From: Lama glama
Lineage: Eukaryota
DNA length: 64,000 nt
NCBI GenBank assembly: GCA_028534125.1
Contig: CM052818.1
Span: 12,526,001-12,590,000 of the forward strand
Direction of reading: 5' to 3'
A program made the translations under genes and the position numbers. This document shows positions 1-13,300 of the stretch, one piece after another; the first letter of the stretch is position 1; each line of letters starts with the position of its first letter. The notes beneath the pieces were generated by a model, which searched no databases, was not told where the DNA came from, and saw only the letters and a program-made list of their open reading frames with translations.

Positions 1-397
1 TTTCATATTTTTTAAAAAAATAACGATGAAAATAAAAAGGTTTAGATTGAAGAACAGAGAAATTATGCTAGCCTCTGCAATTTTATTCATTTTTGTATTT
101 TGACAATGAAATTATGACAAGCCATTTTCTAATTAAGAACGTTGAGCATTACTTTGGCTCTGACTTTGTTATCATTAATATCACTTTAAATTTCCAAGAC
201 CATTTGGCAAATAGAAGAGATGATTGTATTTTAATGCTTTAATGCTATTTTCTGCACCCCAGCAAAGTATAAGTTTTTGAATAGGCAAAGTGCTCAATTG
301 TGTCATTTCCCCTCAGACTTGCTGAATATTGGTCACAGAGGTAAAATCTGTCATTTTATCTTCCTCTAGTAGAGAATTTGAACTAGCTCATCCACAT

Positions 398-805
398 TGT
401 AGTAGCTTAGACTACTGTTCAGCATGTATTCACTGCCTTCTCTTCCACCTCCTGGACTCACAATGATTGGCTGAATGTCTGATCGTGGCCGGTGGATGTG
501 ATCAGTGGTGACAGTGTGCCAACTCTGAGCTGAGATTTTGGGAGGCATGGCAGTGGGGGAAGAGCTCACCCCCATGTATCCATTGCTCCTTTCAGTTGGA
601 GTCAAGAATGACTGCATGTGAAGCAGACCTGGACCCAACCCAATGTTAATAATGTCACCTGGCCTATCCAAGCTCAGAACAAATCAATTGAATTGCAGCT
701 AACCAGAAGATATGTCAGTGTGAAATTAATGTGGTATTATAAGCCACTGTGATATTAGGGTTTTTGTTATATAGTATTATCATATGGCAAAACCTAATTA
801 ATACG
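398..805 (+). mobile_element. MaLR LTR, old MLT1 (H/I/J-like)
   Basis: Starts TGTAGTAG; 3' end TATAAGCCACTGTGATATTAGGGTTTTTGTTATATAG...GGCAAAACCTAATTAATAC matches the MLT1 terminus. Confidence 0.75.
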
Positions 806-2684
806 TATGTTAATACAAAAATTAAAGACAAGTTTGTTCTTTTATTAATGTTTCAACTTTTTCTGGGACTTAAATTTGCCGAAGGAAAGGGTTATCAGTT
901 TATTCAAACATTTTTTTTTTTTGCAAATACCTAAGGACGCACAGATTGTTTTCTAAAATAAATATTTTCCCAGAATTTTAATTTGCTGATGGAATTTTAT
1001 AATTACACTTATGGATCAACAAGTGAAAGTTTTTTGTATTACTCTATTTCCATCTGGATAAGTTTGGAGGACAACACAGTGAACATGCTGGCAAATAGTT
1101 TGTATGAAACCATTTTTTAGAATATGAAGATTTTGGGGTCAGAATACATTTTGTTGGGGGAAAAGTGGTGTTCTCCAGTGATAAGTGAAATATTACAGAG
1201 AAGTGATAACTTTACAAACAAAAAAAAATTTTTAACTCTCTCTCACCTTTCTAAAATAATTAAAGAAACCAGAGCCTTTTATTCTGTAAAGTCATTATTC
1301 TAGGCATGTTTCCACCTGCTTACCTTTGGCATAGAGGTTAAAATGTCTGTTTGTTATAATACTGTATTAAGGAAAATACCACTAAAATATGAATGTTCAT
1401 TTATTTAATTTAACAGAACTAATTATTAGGTGTTTTCCTATGTTTTCCCTGAGGTCTGAATTATCAACCTGATGATTAAACTACTAGTTTATTCAGCGAG
1501 GAGGGATATAGTTAAAGCAGGTTTTTTGCATATAAAGCCAAGAAAAGATCCCTTGCTGTTGAATTCTTTGGTTGTGTGAAAGTAGGCACAGTTTATTATC
1601 TGTCATTATTTTTCTACTCTCCTAAAATAAAAGGCTGCTTCAGGTTTCTAAAAGCTTAGAGTACATATTTGAGATTATTTTCCCTGAACCCTCCCAAGAA
1701 GTTTTTCATTAACGTTCTGGAGCTGAACAGATGCCTTATAAGAAACTCAACTATTTTACCAGAGGGTTTCTATTCCAATAAAATTTTGACAACAGAAATA
1801 ATTTATAAGTAAATAAAGTATACATTGTATTTTTGGAAGTTATGTTTCTTTTGTTCAACCAACATAGTGACTAAAAGAACTGTTTGGAAGGTACACAAAT
1901 TGCAAATAAACAAAGAAATAAACTATATGTAGCAAGATCAGTCCTTTGGGGAACATACAGGCAAAAGACCCCACTTATCTAAGTCTGGTCTACATTGTAT
2001 GTTTTTAGGATATCATCTTTTTATTCTAATGGGTATAATTTCCCAGATGCCATTTTTGACATAAATTGTGAATATGTAAAAATGTTTGTCATCTTCATCT
2101 GTCATTGTACTACATTTTGATAGATTGTTTGATTCACATGGAGCTTTTGTACTTCATGAAGTCAAAACATGCTTTTAGAGAAATTGCTGTTAAGTTTATA
2201 AACTATCACATATGTTCCTACTCTTGGCTGAATTGGAGTAAAGTATTTGATTTTTCTTCTTTACAAAGATGGAACTGAAGTAGCTTTTATTTATCTTTGA
2301 GACTTTCTGACCCTTACCATACAACCTGAAGATATTCTTTTCATTTTCTCCAAGATATGAGAAGTTTCTATAAAGTCATTCAGCTATGTAATTTGGTGTC
2401 CCCTTGGTGATAATGTTGACAATCTTAGATATGTGGTCACCAAATGAAGCACATACTGAAATTGAAAATTTTATATGAGAAAATTCTGTGTTCAAGATCT
2501 TATTGATGCAGGAACGCAGCACCAATGGAATTTACAAAGAGATTGTTTTCTGGTTACCTGGAGGCATAGTTTTTCAGGGCAGAATGAATTTCATCATTGG
2601 TGCAGTATAAATCAGATTCTAGATTTAAGTAAGAATGTATCTTAATATTTTCCTCAGAAGCCAGTAGAACTGTAACTACCTTAT

Positions 2685-2820
2685 GGGTGGAGATTGGTAT
2701 AATATTCATCCAATAAGAAATAGTTTGAGTGAAATGGAGTATTACTAATAATTATCTAATTACTACTAATAATTAGATAGCTATCTAATAGAACTATAAA
2801 AATGAGACTGTCCTGTACAT
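2685..2820 (+). mobile_element. Degraded hAT MITE (MER81/MER94-like)
   Basis: TATAATATTCATCCAA...TTTGAGTGAAATGGAGTATTACTAATAATTA...GAGACTGTCC resembles the consensus; heavily diverged. Confidence 0.35.
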
Positions 2821-4149
2821 ACTATTTTTAATGTATTTTGTGATTTTAGTGTATTGGAAACATCATTTTATTTAATGAAAATTCTTCCATTTTTAATGAC
2901 TGCACGGTGTTATTTTGTTGACTAATACGGTTGTTTTTTTAAAAATTTTGTTTTTATGTTTGTTTGATTTTTGGACTATAAAGACTAGCCTTGCAATGTA
3001 CTTTTTAATATTTTCTTATATTCGTGTTTGTATCAATCAAATAATAACTATGTTTAGATAAATTCCTTGAGAATAATTATCTGCATAACTTATTTCATAG
3101 TGTATTCTTCTTTCAACTTGTATTCATGTTTCAAGTTTAGTATAGCTTTGTTTTAAGCACACTTTCCCAAACTGCTCTTCATAGAAGGTAGAGCAAATTT
3201 AAACTTCTTACCTCAAGGTATCAGAGCATCTTTGCTCATCTCCCTCAGTAACTTCATTTTTTGTTTAAAAGACAATGTATTGTATTTTTGACACCAAATG
3301 CACATGTTGGCCAAACACCAAAAGCTTATAGTTAGAAACATTTCACTGAAGTTTAGTGTGAAGTCAAGTATCATCCACTGATAGAATGAACTCTGAAATA
3401 AAAGAATAAAATATTATCAAAATTTATATCAACAATATTTATAAGTTTTACAATTTTATTACTAAAAATTTGTAATCAACTTTTAAAATGTTGCATTACT
3501 ATGCAACAAAAATAAAAACTCAGTGTATTGTGCTGCTAAATTAAATATACTGCACTTGTACTGTAAGACAATAATGGCTCTATTTCACTAAAATAGGTGT
3601 AAGCGGGATTTTTTTTTGGCATCTCATTTTTTTAAAAATAGTTTTTTCCTCATACTGTCAATATATATTTTTTTGCATTTAAATATTTTTATTTTAAACT
3701 GTGACATAGATTTAGGATTTTTTTTCAATGTAGAATTTTTCATATAAGGTTTTATTTTGAAAAGTTAAAGTAAAATTTTAAAAAATTATTTGTTGATATT
3801 TTGAATGGTAGCATACCAGAGATTCTGCAAGAATTTTTATATAATATAATGCTCATATTCTGCCTTATAGTTTTTCACATTTTATGAATAAAATTTTCTA
3901 CTTTTTTACATTTATTGGCTCAAAACTATGTGTAACATTCTTTAAAATGTTAATGTTCTCTCAACTTTTATATAGTCTGCTGATTTATTTTTCTATAAAC
4001 ATTTAAAAGCTAATTATGCATGTTTATTATATATCATTAGCAGCCTTTAAAATCATAATTGTTACAAAATTTTACCCAAGCAATGGTAAATATGTTTGCA
4101 CTTCAAATTATGTATAGAATATCAACAATTAAAATATATAAGAATTTTT

Positions 4150-4329
4150 CTATAAGGGAGTTGGAAGGGCTGAGGTAAACAGAGTCCGTGGCTTTTCTTG
4201 GTCTGAAATGTTGCTAAGAAAAGGAGCCTTTTTCCTGTTGGGTTCTGCTGTCATCATAGGGCATGAGAGGGCCCCCTTCTGGTCTCCTGACTTTATTTAA
4301 TTGAGGTTTCTGTTGATAAATTTCTTACA
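4150..4329 (-). mobile_element. Partial ERV-type LTR (5' part)
   Basis: GC-richer island in very AT-rich DNA; minus strand begins TGTAAGAAATTTATC..., as LTR starts typically do. Confidence 0.4.
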
Positions 4330-6374
4330 AAACCAAATGGTAGATTGAGGCATAGTATTTTCAATGCAGTCAAACATCAATAAATAACCAAGTGAAAATG
4401 AACCATATTTTATATCTTTATTTGCATTTATCTTCTGTATTTTATGTGTTGCTTGCTCATTCCCATTCTCCTTTTTGTAGGGGTGCTTATTTTAAAATGA
4501 TAGATATAATTACCATGGAAGAGTTACATCCATTGTGGAAAATATTTTAATCTTTTAGGAGATTATCTCGGAAGTAAGCAGAAAATTTACTGAAATTTTT
4601 ATTTAAACTCTTCTTTGGTGAATTAAAATTGATTTTACTTACCTAAAATCTTGTGAACATGTACTCTGATAAGTATAGATTTTCTCCAGTTTTTAAACAT
4701 TTATTGAACTTTTTCCAGCATATCATCTCTTTGAAGTTTATTTTGTCTTAGATGAGTTAACCATAATTCTAACTGGCTGGCTAAACAAGAAAATATTTTG
4801 AGAGAGTTTGTGTAATTCTGAGATTTCATGCTAATAAGGGTAAAACAAGATAGTTTTTGTGAATTTTAACTTTAATTTTAATCACTATTCCAATTATACT
4901 TCATAATTCAGCAATTCTCAATTTTTGTTTATATGAGAAGAAAATGGTTTGAAACTAACTTTCTATCACAAACATGTAAATAAACTAATTTTCAACTCTT
5001 CCTTAGTTGGAACTATGATTTCTATTAAAAAAAAGTATGTCCCTAATACGACCACTACTTTATATACACTCAGAAAACCTGCAAGTGATAAAAAAAAAAG
5101 AATAAAGAAAATACATACTTATATAACTCTTTAATTCAATTGTTTTCTTCTAGATAGCTATTTTCAAAAGTGCTTCTCTGCTCTGACACAGTTGCCAACT
5201 TCAATCAATACGTTTCTTTCATAAATTCATGTGTCTTATTGTCTGCACGCATCTGATTCAACAGAGACCCTAAAAAACTTAAGAACAAACACAATATGGC
5301 TAAATCATATAGTTATCAAATTGAATAAAAGAGAGCAATTGACTGTAAAATACTGCTTATCTTCAAGTATGTCTCTTCATTTTTCATTGGTTTTACATGG
5401 AAAGGAACAAAAATATCCTGATATCAATATCTCTATCATTATATCTATGTTATCTATTGATATATATGTGTATACACATGTATCTCTCTATATTACTTTA
5501 TACATACAAATATATATATGTGTGTGTATATAAAAAGATAGATATACATATAGATTTAAAAATAATACTAATTTTGATCTTCTGTCCACATTAATTATTC
5601 TTAGCCACTATAAAAATTAAGAATTAGCCTTCTTTTCCAAATTTCCTTTGTTGACTATTACACTGTTGAGTGCATGAGGATTTATGAAACTAAGAAAAAC
5701 ATAACTGGGAATGAAAATACACTAAACCAGCATTCAGAAAGAGAAATATATTTAAAAATCTGAAGTCTTTATACCTTTGTGTTTAGGCCATAAATCTCCA
5801 AATCAGTTTGCATTTTGCAATCCCCGTTTGGTCAGATGGCAATCCTGACTTGCCTACATGTGCACATTAAAACTTATATGTGGGTACTAGTGGACTGGAA
5901 GAAAAACTTGAAGCTATTGAAGTAAGGCCACATTATAAATGTTCTTGATGGCAGAAAGAACAATATTTTTGATAAAGCATGCACATCTATGACTCAGACT
6001 TGTAAAACAGTTCAGAAAAATTAGACATTGAAAGTGACAATGTTTTAGTAGTATATATATCTTTTATAGTTAAGTTTTGTGTATGCACAGGAGTGATATA
6101 TGATAAAATCTAAATGTAAATAAGTCTAAGAGAACTCTTTAAATGTGTATAAAACAAAAATACAAAATGTGATGAAAGCTTTGTACTAAGGTTAGATTGG
6201 CAGTTATTTTATTCATTTATAAATAGTGTTTTATCTGTTTATGTCTAATTACTAATAATGGAGTACAGATTTAATGAAACATAGTATTAACAGTATTTAT
6301 TTATTTGTTTGTTTGTTTATAAAGTTCCTTTTTTTCTACAGCTATTTTCTCTAAAAGCCCTGGGCTTTTTTTTT

Positions 6375-6590
6375 TTCTTCTAGCTTTATTGGGTATACTT
6401 GACAAATAAATTGTAAGGTATTTAAAGTCTACATCATGATGAATTGATATACAAATACATTTTGAAAAGATTCCTCTCATCTAGTTAATTAATATCCATC
6501 ACCTCACATATTTATCTCTTGTTTACTTGCAAGTAGATTTAAGTTCTACTCTCTTAGCAAATTTCAGTTTTATTACACAGTGTTATCAAC
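6375..6590 (-). mobile_element. L1 3' end (L1MA/MB-like)
   Basis: T-run then CTTTATTGGGTATACTTGACAAATAAATTGTAAG...CATCACCTCACATA...TCTACTCTCTTAGCAAATTTCA. Confidence 0.8.
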
Positions 6591-6599
6591 CAAATTAAC

Positions 6600-7240
6600 A
6601 GCCCTATTTAAATGAGGGAATTGGAGCTCAGCATCATTGAGTAACTTGCTCATAGCTACACAGTTCGTAATTTGGTTATTAGTTTCTTTTTGCCGCTTAG
6701 TCACACAAACTTAGTGTCTGACAACAACACAAATTCATTATCTTACAGGTCAGTAAATCAGGAGTCCAGGATCAGTCTTACTGGGCTAAAAATCAAGATG
6801 ACCATAGGGCTGCTTTCCTTTCTGGTGTCATTCTTCTAAGAAATAATCCATTTCCTTGCTTTTCCCAGTGTGTATATGCATTCACATCCTTGGCCCTCTT
6901 TGGTCTTCAAAACCTGTAATGGTTGACTGAGTCTTTCTCACATCACATCATTCTGACGCTAACACTTCAGACTCTCTGATTCACTTATAAGGACCATTAT
7001 ATTGGTCCACCCAGATAATCCAGGCTAATCTCCCTATCATGAAGTAAGATGATTAGCAACCTTAATTCCATCTACTACCTTAATTCTCCTTTGGCTTGTA
7101 ACATCTCATGTTCATAGGTTCTGGGGATTAGGATGTGAACATCGTGGAGGGCCATTATTGTCTCTACTACGGGTCATGAGGGAGGATTTAGAAATGGGCT
7201 TGTCTGACTACAAAGCTGATGCTCTTTTTCACTGTGTTGT
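6600..7240 (-). mobile_element. MIR SINE split in two (about 6600-6672 and 7175-7240) by an MLT1 insertion
   Basis: MIR core CCTATTTTAAATGAGGGAATTGGAGCTCAG..GAGTAACTTGCTCA; resumes as GGATTAGAA..TGTCTGACTACAAAGC. Confidence 0.7.
6675..7171 (-). mobile_element. MaLR LTR MLT1C/D-like
   Basis: TATTAGTTTC..CACAAACTTAG..CTGGGCTAAAAATCAAG..CCCAGATAATCCAGG..GGGGATTAGGATGTG..GGGCCATTATT. Confidence 0.85.
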
Positions 7241-7556
7241 ATTACTTATTAAGATTTCAACGTGTAAAATTTTTCTTCGGGAATGTGAATGTTAAATCAC
7301 TGTGGGATGGGTAGAGCTTGGCCCAGTTATTTACTATAATTTTGAGCAGAAATAAAGGGTGAGAGACCTGGGACTACATCTGTTAATTGATTATGGACAT
7401 CAAGGATGAGAGCTGTAGCCTTTGACCATAGAATATTAGTTTCTTCTGGCACAGCATCCAAAGCATCAGGTAAAAGCAGAATGCAATTCCAGCAACCCGC
7501 TGGCAATGAGGAGGGAGTGGTAGAGGGATATTGCTAACAATAGCTAGAAATGTGTG

Positions 7557-7773
7557 CAGTTGACCCTTGAACAACATGGGAACTAGAGCCGCCCACTCTC
7601 TGCACAATCAAAAATCCACCTATTACTTGTAGTCAACCCTCTTTATCTAAGAGTTTGAATCCCTGATTTCACCCAACTGTGGATTGTGTCGTATTGTAGA
7701 ATTTACTGTAGAAAAAAATCCACACATAAGTGGATGTGAACAGTTCAAACTTGTGTTGTTCAAGGGTCAACTG
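7557..7773 (-). mobile_element. TcMar-Tigger MITE, MER8-like
   Basis: Perfect 20-bp terminal inverted repeat CAGTTGACCCTTGAACAACA (7557-7576 / 7754-7773). Confidence 0.9.
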
Positions 7774-8245
7774 TTCTTAGAAATGGAGGCAGCTAAACAA
7801 AACTCCTACCACTTCTGTAACTGGACTACAGAAACCTGCTGGGGTACAGAGCAGGTTCTGATCCAAAAGACTTGAAAGAACAACAGAGTTCAATTCTAAA
7901 GAGTCAGGAGTGCTAGGGGAATAATGGAACCAGACATCAGAAACACTAGCTAAGGCAGAAAAACAGATGAGAGCTGGCGCAATTACGAGTGGTTGTTGGC
8001 ATGAGGCTGGGCCTTGAGTATGAAGGAGAAATCCAATGATCAGAATTAAGATGCATATTAGAGTCAGATAATCTATAAGAATGATGGTGCCCATTCAGGC
8101 TATGGAGGAAGGGCTGTTCAACACTTTCTGCTTCATATCAGGACTGGCCTTGGAAGTCGAGATGTGTTTGAGTGCATAGAGTGTGATAAGCACACAAGTT
8201 TAGCTCTGAAAAGCAGGAAGGATGCTGATGCTAGGATTAAATCAG

Positions 8246-8277
8246 TCTCTCTCTCTCTCTCTCTCTCTCTCCCTCTC
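8246..8277. repeat. (CT)n microsatellite
   Basis: Directly visible. Confidence 0.95.
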
Positions 8278-8354
8278 ACCACCCTTTCTTTTTCTCTCTG
8301 CTTTCTCTAATCTTTTTATATCTTGCTTTGGTTCTAGTCTTTCTGAAATTTGTC

Positions 8355-8450
8355 CATTCATTCCACAAATGCTAGCTGACTACCTATCTACTGTGTCCAA
8401 GGACTCTGTTAGTTGTTAAGAATACAACAATGAATAAAAGTTAGTCCTAC
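8355..8450 (-). mobile_element. L2 3' end
   Basis: CATTCATTCCACAAATG..CTACTGTGTCCAAGGACTCTGTT..GAATACAACAATGAATAAAA. Confidence 0.7.
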
Positions 8451-8941
8451 CAATGGTAAAATATCCTCCGGCTATTTGGTTTCTTTGTTCTTTCAAGTAC
8501 ACTAGGCAGCCATTGCAATTAGTTTTTTTTAGAGAGTCCATCAACTTCTCTTTTCAGTTCTTTTACATCTGTAACATATTATAATAGGTGCTGTTAAAGT
8601 TAAAACTAGCTATTATTTTGTTTCATTTAAATAGTAAGTAACAGTAAAGGAAAATCATAACTCACTCTTCTGCACTCAAGGGGCTAAAATCTGCTCTTTG
8701 TTACTTAATTTCCATCACATTTATTTAAAACTTCACATGCGCACACACGCACACACACATACCTTTGTTGGATGTGATAGCATTTTAGGAAGCATTGGAA
8801 CTGAGATTTTAAAATATCTAGATAAAGTAATTATCACACTGAAAAAGGTACTGAAAGTGTATATGATTATTTTTTAAGGATTTAAGGCTTCAAATTAAGT
8901 TCATATTTAAAATGAGGACTGAGATTATTTAAAACTTAAAG

Positions 8942-9120
8942 TATGGGCAAAAAATTTGAACAAACACACGAAAGAAGATGCCAAGAAGACGAACAAGTTT
9001 TGTAAAAGGAGATCTGCTGTACAACAGTGCTTTAGTTAACACTACTGTCCTGCACACTTAAAAATTTAAGACGGTATATTTCACATCATGTGTTGTATGT
9101 GTCTTTAACCACATTTTTTA
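8942..9120 (+). mobile_element. L1 3' fragments
   Basis: ATGGGCAAAAAATTTGAACAAACAC and GAGATCTGCTGTACAACA..CACTACTGTCCTGCACACTTAAAAATT. Confidence 0.65.
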
Positions 9121-9359
9121 AAGTGAAGTAGTTTGAAAAAAGCAGTTAAAAAAGGACTGGAATTCATCAGTCTTCATGGAGTTAGTTGTATTAAATCTGC
9201 CCAATTCTCAAAGAAAAAATAAATGGAGAGAAGGGAGAAGTTGGTAGAAAGATGTCTTGTAAATGTTAAAAATAAATAGAACTGGAATTGTGTAAACTAT
9301 GAATGGAGAACGCTAAATTACAAATTTTATGTAGGCATTTACTAATAGTTCAAGTAAAA

Positions 9360-9680
9360 GAGAAAGGTCAAAACAGGTTGTGAAGTTCGTAAATAGTTTA
9401 AACTTTATCCTAAACAAAAGAGGGACTTTTAAAAGGATTTTAGAGCATGAGGTGACTATACAGTTTCTTTAATATAAGATATTTATGACATATGATATAT
9501 ACATGTATATATATATAAATATGCATATATACATGAATTTATATGAATATATACTTATTTTAATACAAATATATCTTATAAAAGATTACCCTTTAATGAG
9601 AAAAAGGGTAGAAACATCAGGAAACATCAAGAATTTTTCCTAATGAAACTGCTGTAACAGAACTCTGTTTAGATATGGTT
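9360..9680 (-). mobile_element. L2 fragment
   Basis: TTTAAACTTTATCCTAAA..AAAAGGATTTTAGAGCATGAGGTGAC..AAAGATTACCC; interrupted by (TA)-rich expansion. Confidence 0.45.
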
Positions 9681-10447
9681 GTAGGAGTCAGGCCACCAGG
9701 CACTATAGGTATCACATACTTTATTCTAGCAAGTGCTTTTTGAAGTAGTTGGTTGTTGGGAAGAGATAAGGATGTAAAGCAGAGATGAGTATACTATCCT
9801 GAACACGTCTTCTTTAGGGGTTCCTGGCAAGAAAAAGCAAACAAATGTAATTTATTTAAATACCAGATTCTATGAGATATTTCTGACCTGAGCTTTTAAA
9901 TGTTTTAATACGTATTTTACTTAGAAAGCTGCCTATGTGGAAAGTCTATTTAAATGTGTTTGGGGAATGAAAACATGAAGCCGAATGGTAACATGACATG
10001 GGCACACAAATATAATTTGGTTTGCATCTCTCCTTTGGGGAACATTTTACACCCAAAGATATTCCAGGAACTAAATGGAGACACTCACAAGGGGAGCGGG
10101 AGACATGCTCCAAGGACGCTGCTAGGCGGTATGATAGTGTCCAAGGAGACTTGGAGACTCGATGGACTTCCAGCCTGTTTCAGGCAGCCAGAGGAACAGC
10201 CAGAAGAGTAATGGTTCAAAGTCTGGTTTCCAAAGATGGTATTAAACAATCTCAGTACAGCATTTCGGAAGTAGAGAACAAGAATGTATTAATAAACTTC
10301 AGATATTTTTTCTCTTTTACAAGGTTCTCCTCATATTACTTGAGATTGAAAAGATCATCTCAGAGGATCTAGTTTCTTAAGGTATCTTTCAATATCCTGT
10401 CTCAACTGTAGAGGTTTTGGAGGGAAACCTTCAAAAGCAGACGTTTA

Positions 10448-11640
10448 TTTTTTTAATTTTATTTTGAAATAATTTTAGACTTATGAATAGTTGCAAACGT
10501 AATAAAGAGAATTCCTTTATATATTCACCCAGCTTTTCCAAATGTTAATGTCTTAAAAAACATTATAAAGCTATCAAAAAGGAGAAATTAACTTTGATAC
10601 AGTACTATTAAATAATACACTGACATTTCTTGAATATTGCCATTTTTCCCACTAATGGGCTTTTTCTGATTCAGGATCCAGTTGTGATCTCACACTGTTT
10701 AATTTTCATGCTGTCTTACTTTCCTTTAATCTGGGACAGTTCCTCATTTCCTCAGTCTTTTTGTTTTTTCTTTCTTTTCTTTTCTTTTTGTCTTTCATGA
10801 CTTTGACATTTTTGAAGACTCTAGGCCAGTTATGTATAGAATAGCTCTCAGTTTGGGTTTGTGCAGTGTTTTCTCATGATTAGGTTGAGGTTATACATTT
10901 TTGGCAAGAACACCACAGAAATAATATATCCTTGTCTGTGCACCACTTCAGGAAGGGCATATGGTCACTGTGTCTTACTGATGGTAATACTAGCTTTGAT
11001 CACATGGCTAAAGTGTCGACCATTTTTTTTCACTGTAAAAGTTATAATTCTTCTTTTGTAATTCACATGTCTCTCATGAGGAGATACTTTAAGAATATCC
11101 AGATATCCTGTTTCTCATCATGCTCTCCTTCACCTATTTTAGTATCCACAGATAGTCTTGCCTCCCACAGCTATTATGGTGGTACTCATCTAATGGTAAA
11201 TTTCTATTTTGTTTATTCCTCCTACATTTGTTAATTGGAATTTCCTATACACAAAGAACCATTTTTTTCTCCTGTATTTATGTAACTATCTATTTATTTA
11301 TTCGTTCATTCATTTATATTAGTATGGATTAATATATATTTGTTTTATTCTGTTTCTTGTAATCCAATATTATCATTGTTTTTTTGCTAAATTTATGCCA
11401 GATTTAGCCATTAGAAGCTCCTTTCAGTTGGGTCTTGTGTTCTTTCAACATGCCTTCTATTTGTTTTTTGTGTATGTTCTTATTTATTGCCAACTCAAGA
11501 TGTTCCAGTGTCAAGTTGTACATTTCTGTGTCCCAGCTCTGACATTGGCCGTTTTCCTGGGAAAACTAACTCCTTTTATTGGAGAATAATGTTGAGGAGC
11601 CAAGGTCTGGTCTAAGCAGCCCTTTTAGAGATGTTATTGT
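10448..11640 (-). mobile_element. L1MC (MC4/MC5-like) 3' region
   Basis: TTTTATTTTGAAATAATTTTAGACTTA..TTGCAAA..TTCACCCAG; TTTTCTCATGATTAGGTTGAGGTTAT..TTTTTGGCAAGAACACCACAGAA. Confidence 0.85.
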
Positions 11641-12346
11641 TGAGAGTTCAAGTCAGAGACATGGAGTACTTGCTATGAGTCATCTTCAGACTAATACTTT
11701 CCAGAATGAAAATCCCAGAAACTTTACAGAAATACTAAATGCATGTGTGAATGTGACTCAGGGTGAGAGATTTGCAATGGCAAATAAAACTTAAAAAGGT
11801 GATAGAAATCCATCATGGGAACTATTTAACTTCATTTGTAAAGGAAAAAAAAATCTCTGAACTTCTGATGTATCAGAGGAAGGAGATGGTTAAGACCTGA
11901 AACAGGGCACATTCTTACTTCAGAATGTAATTATAGGTTGCTGTGTTAATGTGAGGGACTCTATTAGTTACTAAAAGTTTAGGGTTCTCATCCTTTCAGT
12001 GAGAAAATCAAAAACACGATGTGAATATGTTAGTACCAAAGGCCTTTAATATCTTAGTTCCCAACATTAAAATGCTAGTTGATGAACATGTTTTTTGCAT
12101 CAATGAAAGAAGAAAAAAGTTGCATTCCAGTGTCAAGACTATATTCATGACTGTCTCAATTAATGACATTACTATGAGTAACAACAGGTATATTAGAAAA
12201 CTGTAGAAAATTATAGACATTAGACATCATTTAGAAGTTATAAGGCAGGGCAAGTAAAATTTTTAGATAATTACTATTTTATGAGCTTTACAAATATTTT
12301 CCCCTCTCTGGAAAAATGTATGTGTGCATATATGTGTATATGCATA

Positions 12347-12362
12347 CACACACACACACACA
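12347..12362. repeat. (CA)n microsatellite
   Basis: Directly visible. Confidence 0.9.
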
Positions 12363-13129
12363 TATATATGTATATAACTTACAAGAAAGTGAAACACTTT
12401 ACTCATTTAAAATCTATTTCTGAAAAAAGTACAGATTACCTAAACTGAGAGAAAACAAAATTTATTACGGAGCTTAGAATTTCAGTGGAAATAATCCTGA
12501 ATGATTTGCACTTAAGTTCAAATCCTATATTCTCCTATATAACACAATTCTCAGACTTGAGGTATCTTATCTTTTTTAGGGTATATTTATCATCAGTGTT
12601 GTTAAGAATATCATGACATTTTACTATCAGATGACCCATAATCACAGCTAGTTTCGTGTACCAACTGAGAATACTGCAAAATGACACCACTGTACCATTG
12701 GTCGCAGGCATGGGACATCTAAAATGACAGGGCCTGGATTCAACTTTAATTGGCATCTCAGATGCACCAAATTCAACCAGATCACAAAGTTATGAAAATA
12801 TATTGCAATTCGATTTAAGTTAGCACACAATTTCTGAGGGAGATTTCAAATTTTGAGCTGGGATCCACGTGCAGCTCTACCAAACTGACAATGAGACGTG
12901 TCAATCTCCAGCTATCAATCAGGCTAATGTGTTCTCTTTATTTTACTTTCCCATGACTGTGGATGTTATGATGTAAAATTCAAATAAAGATTGGAAAGGA
13001 AAGTACACAGAATGTTAAAAATAAAAATGAGTTGATCCGTAAGTGCAGTGAACAAGGAATGAGGTTTTGTGGCAAAACTTTCTTACCAAAAAACATACGT
13101 TTCTCAGCAATAATATACTCTCCATTTTA

Positions 13130-13300
13130 TGTGCTTTGCAGTTTATGAAACATTTTATATGTATCACTGAAGCTTCTAAGTAGCCCCAATAGATATTAGG
13201 ATGGTTTTATGGAAGTTGAATCTGGAGACTAGTGAATGGATGCCTAGGATCATCCGTTAGTCAGTGAGAGTTGGAACTCATCCAGCCACTATGATTTCTG
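13130..13300 (-). mobile_element. MIR fragment
   Basis: GCTTTGCAGTTTATGAAACATTTT..TGCCTAGGATCATCCGTTAGTCAGTG. Confidence 0.5.

Noticed and set aside
366..671. 101-aa ORF
   Set aside because: Antisense reading through an MLT1 LTR
12535..12830. ORFs in the candidate conserved block as coding exon
   Set aside because: Short frames with no recognisable domain and no convincing splice-site pair
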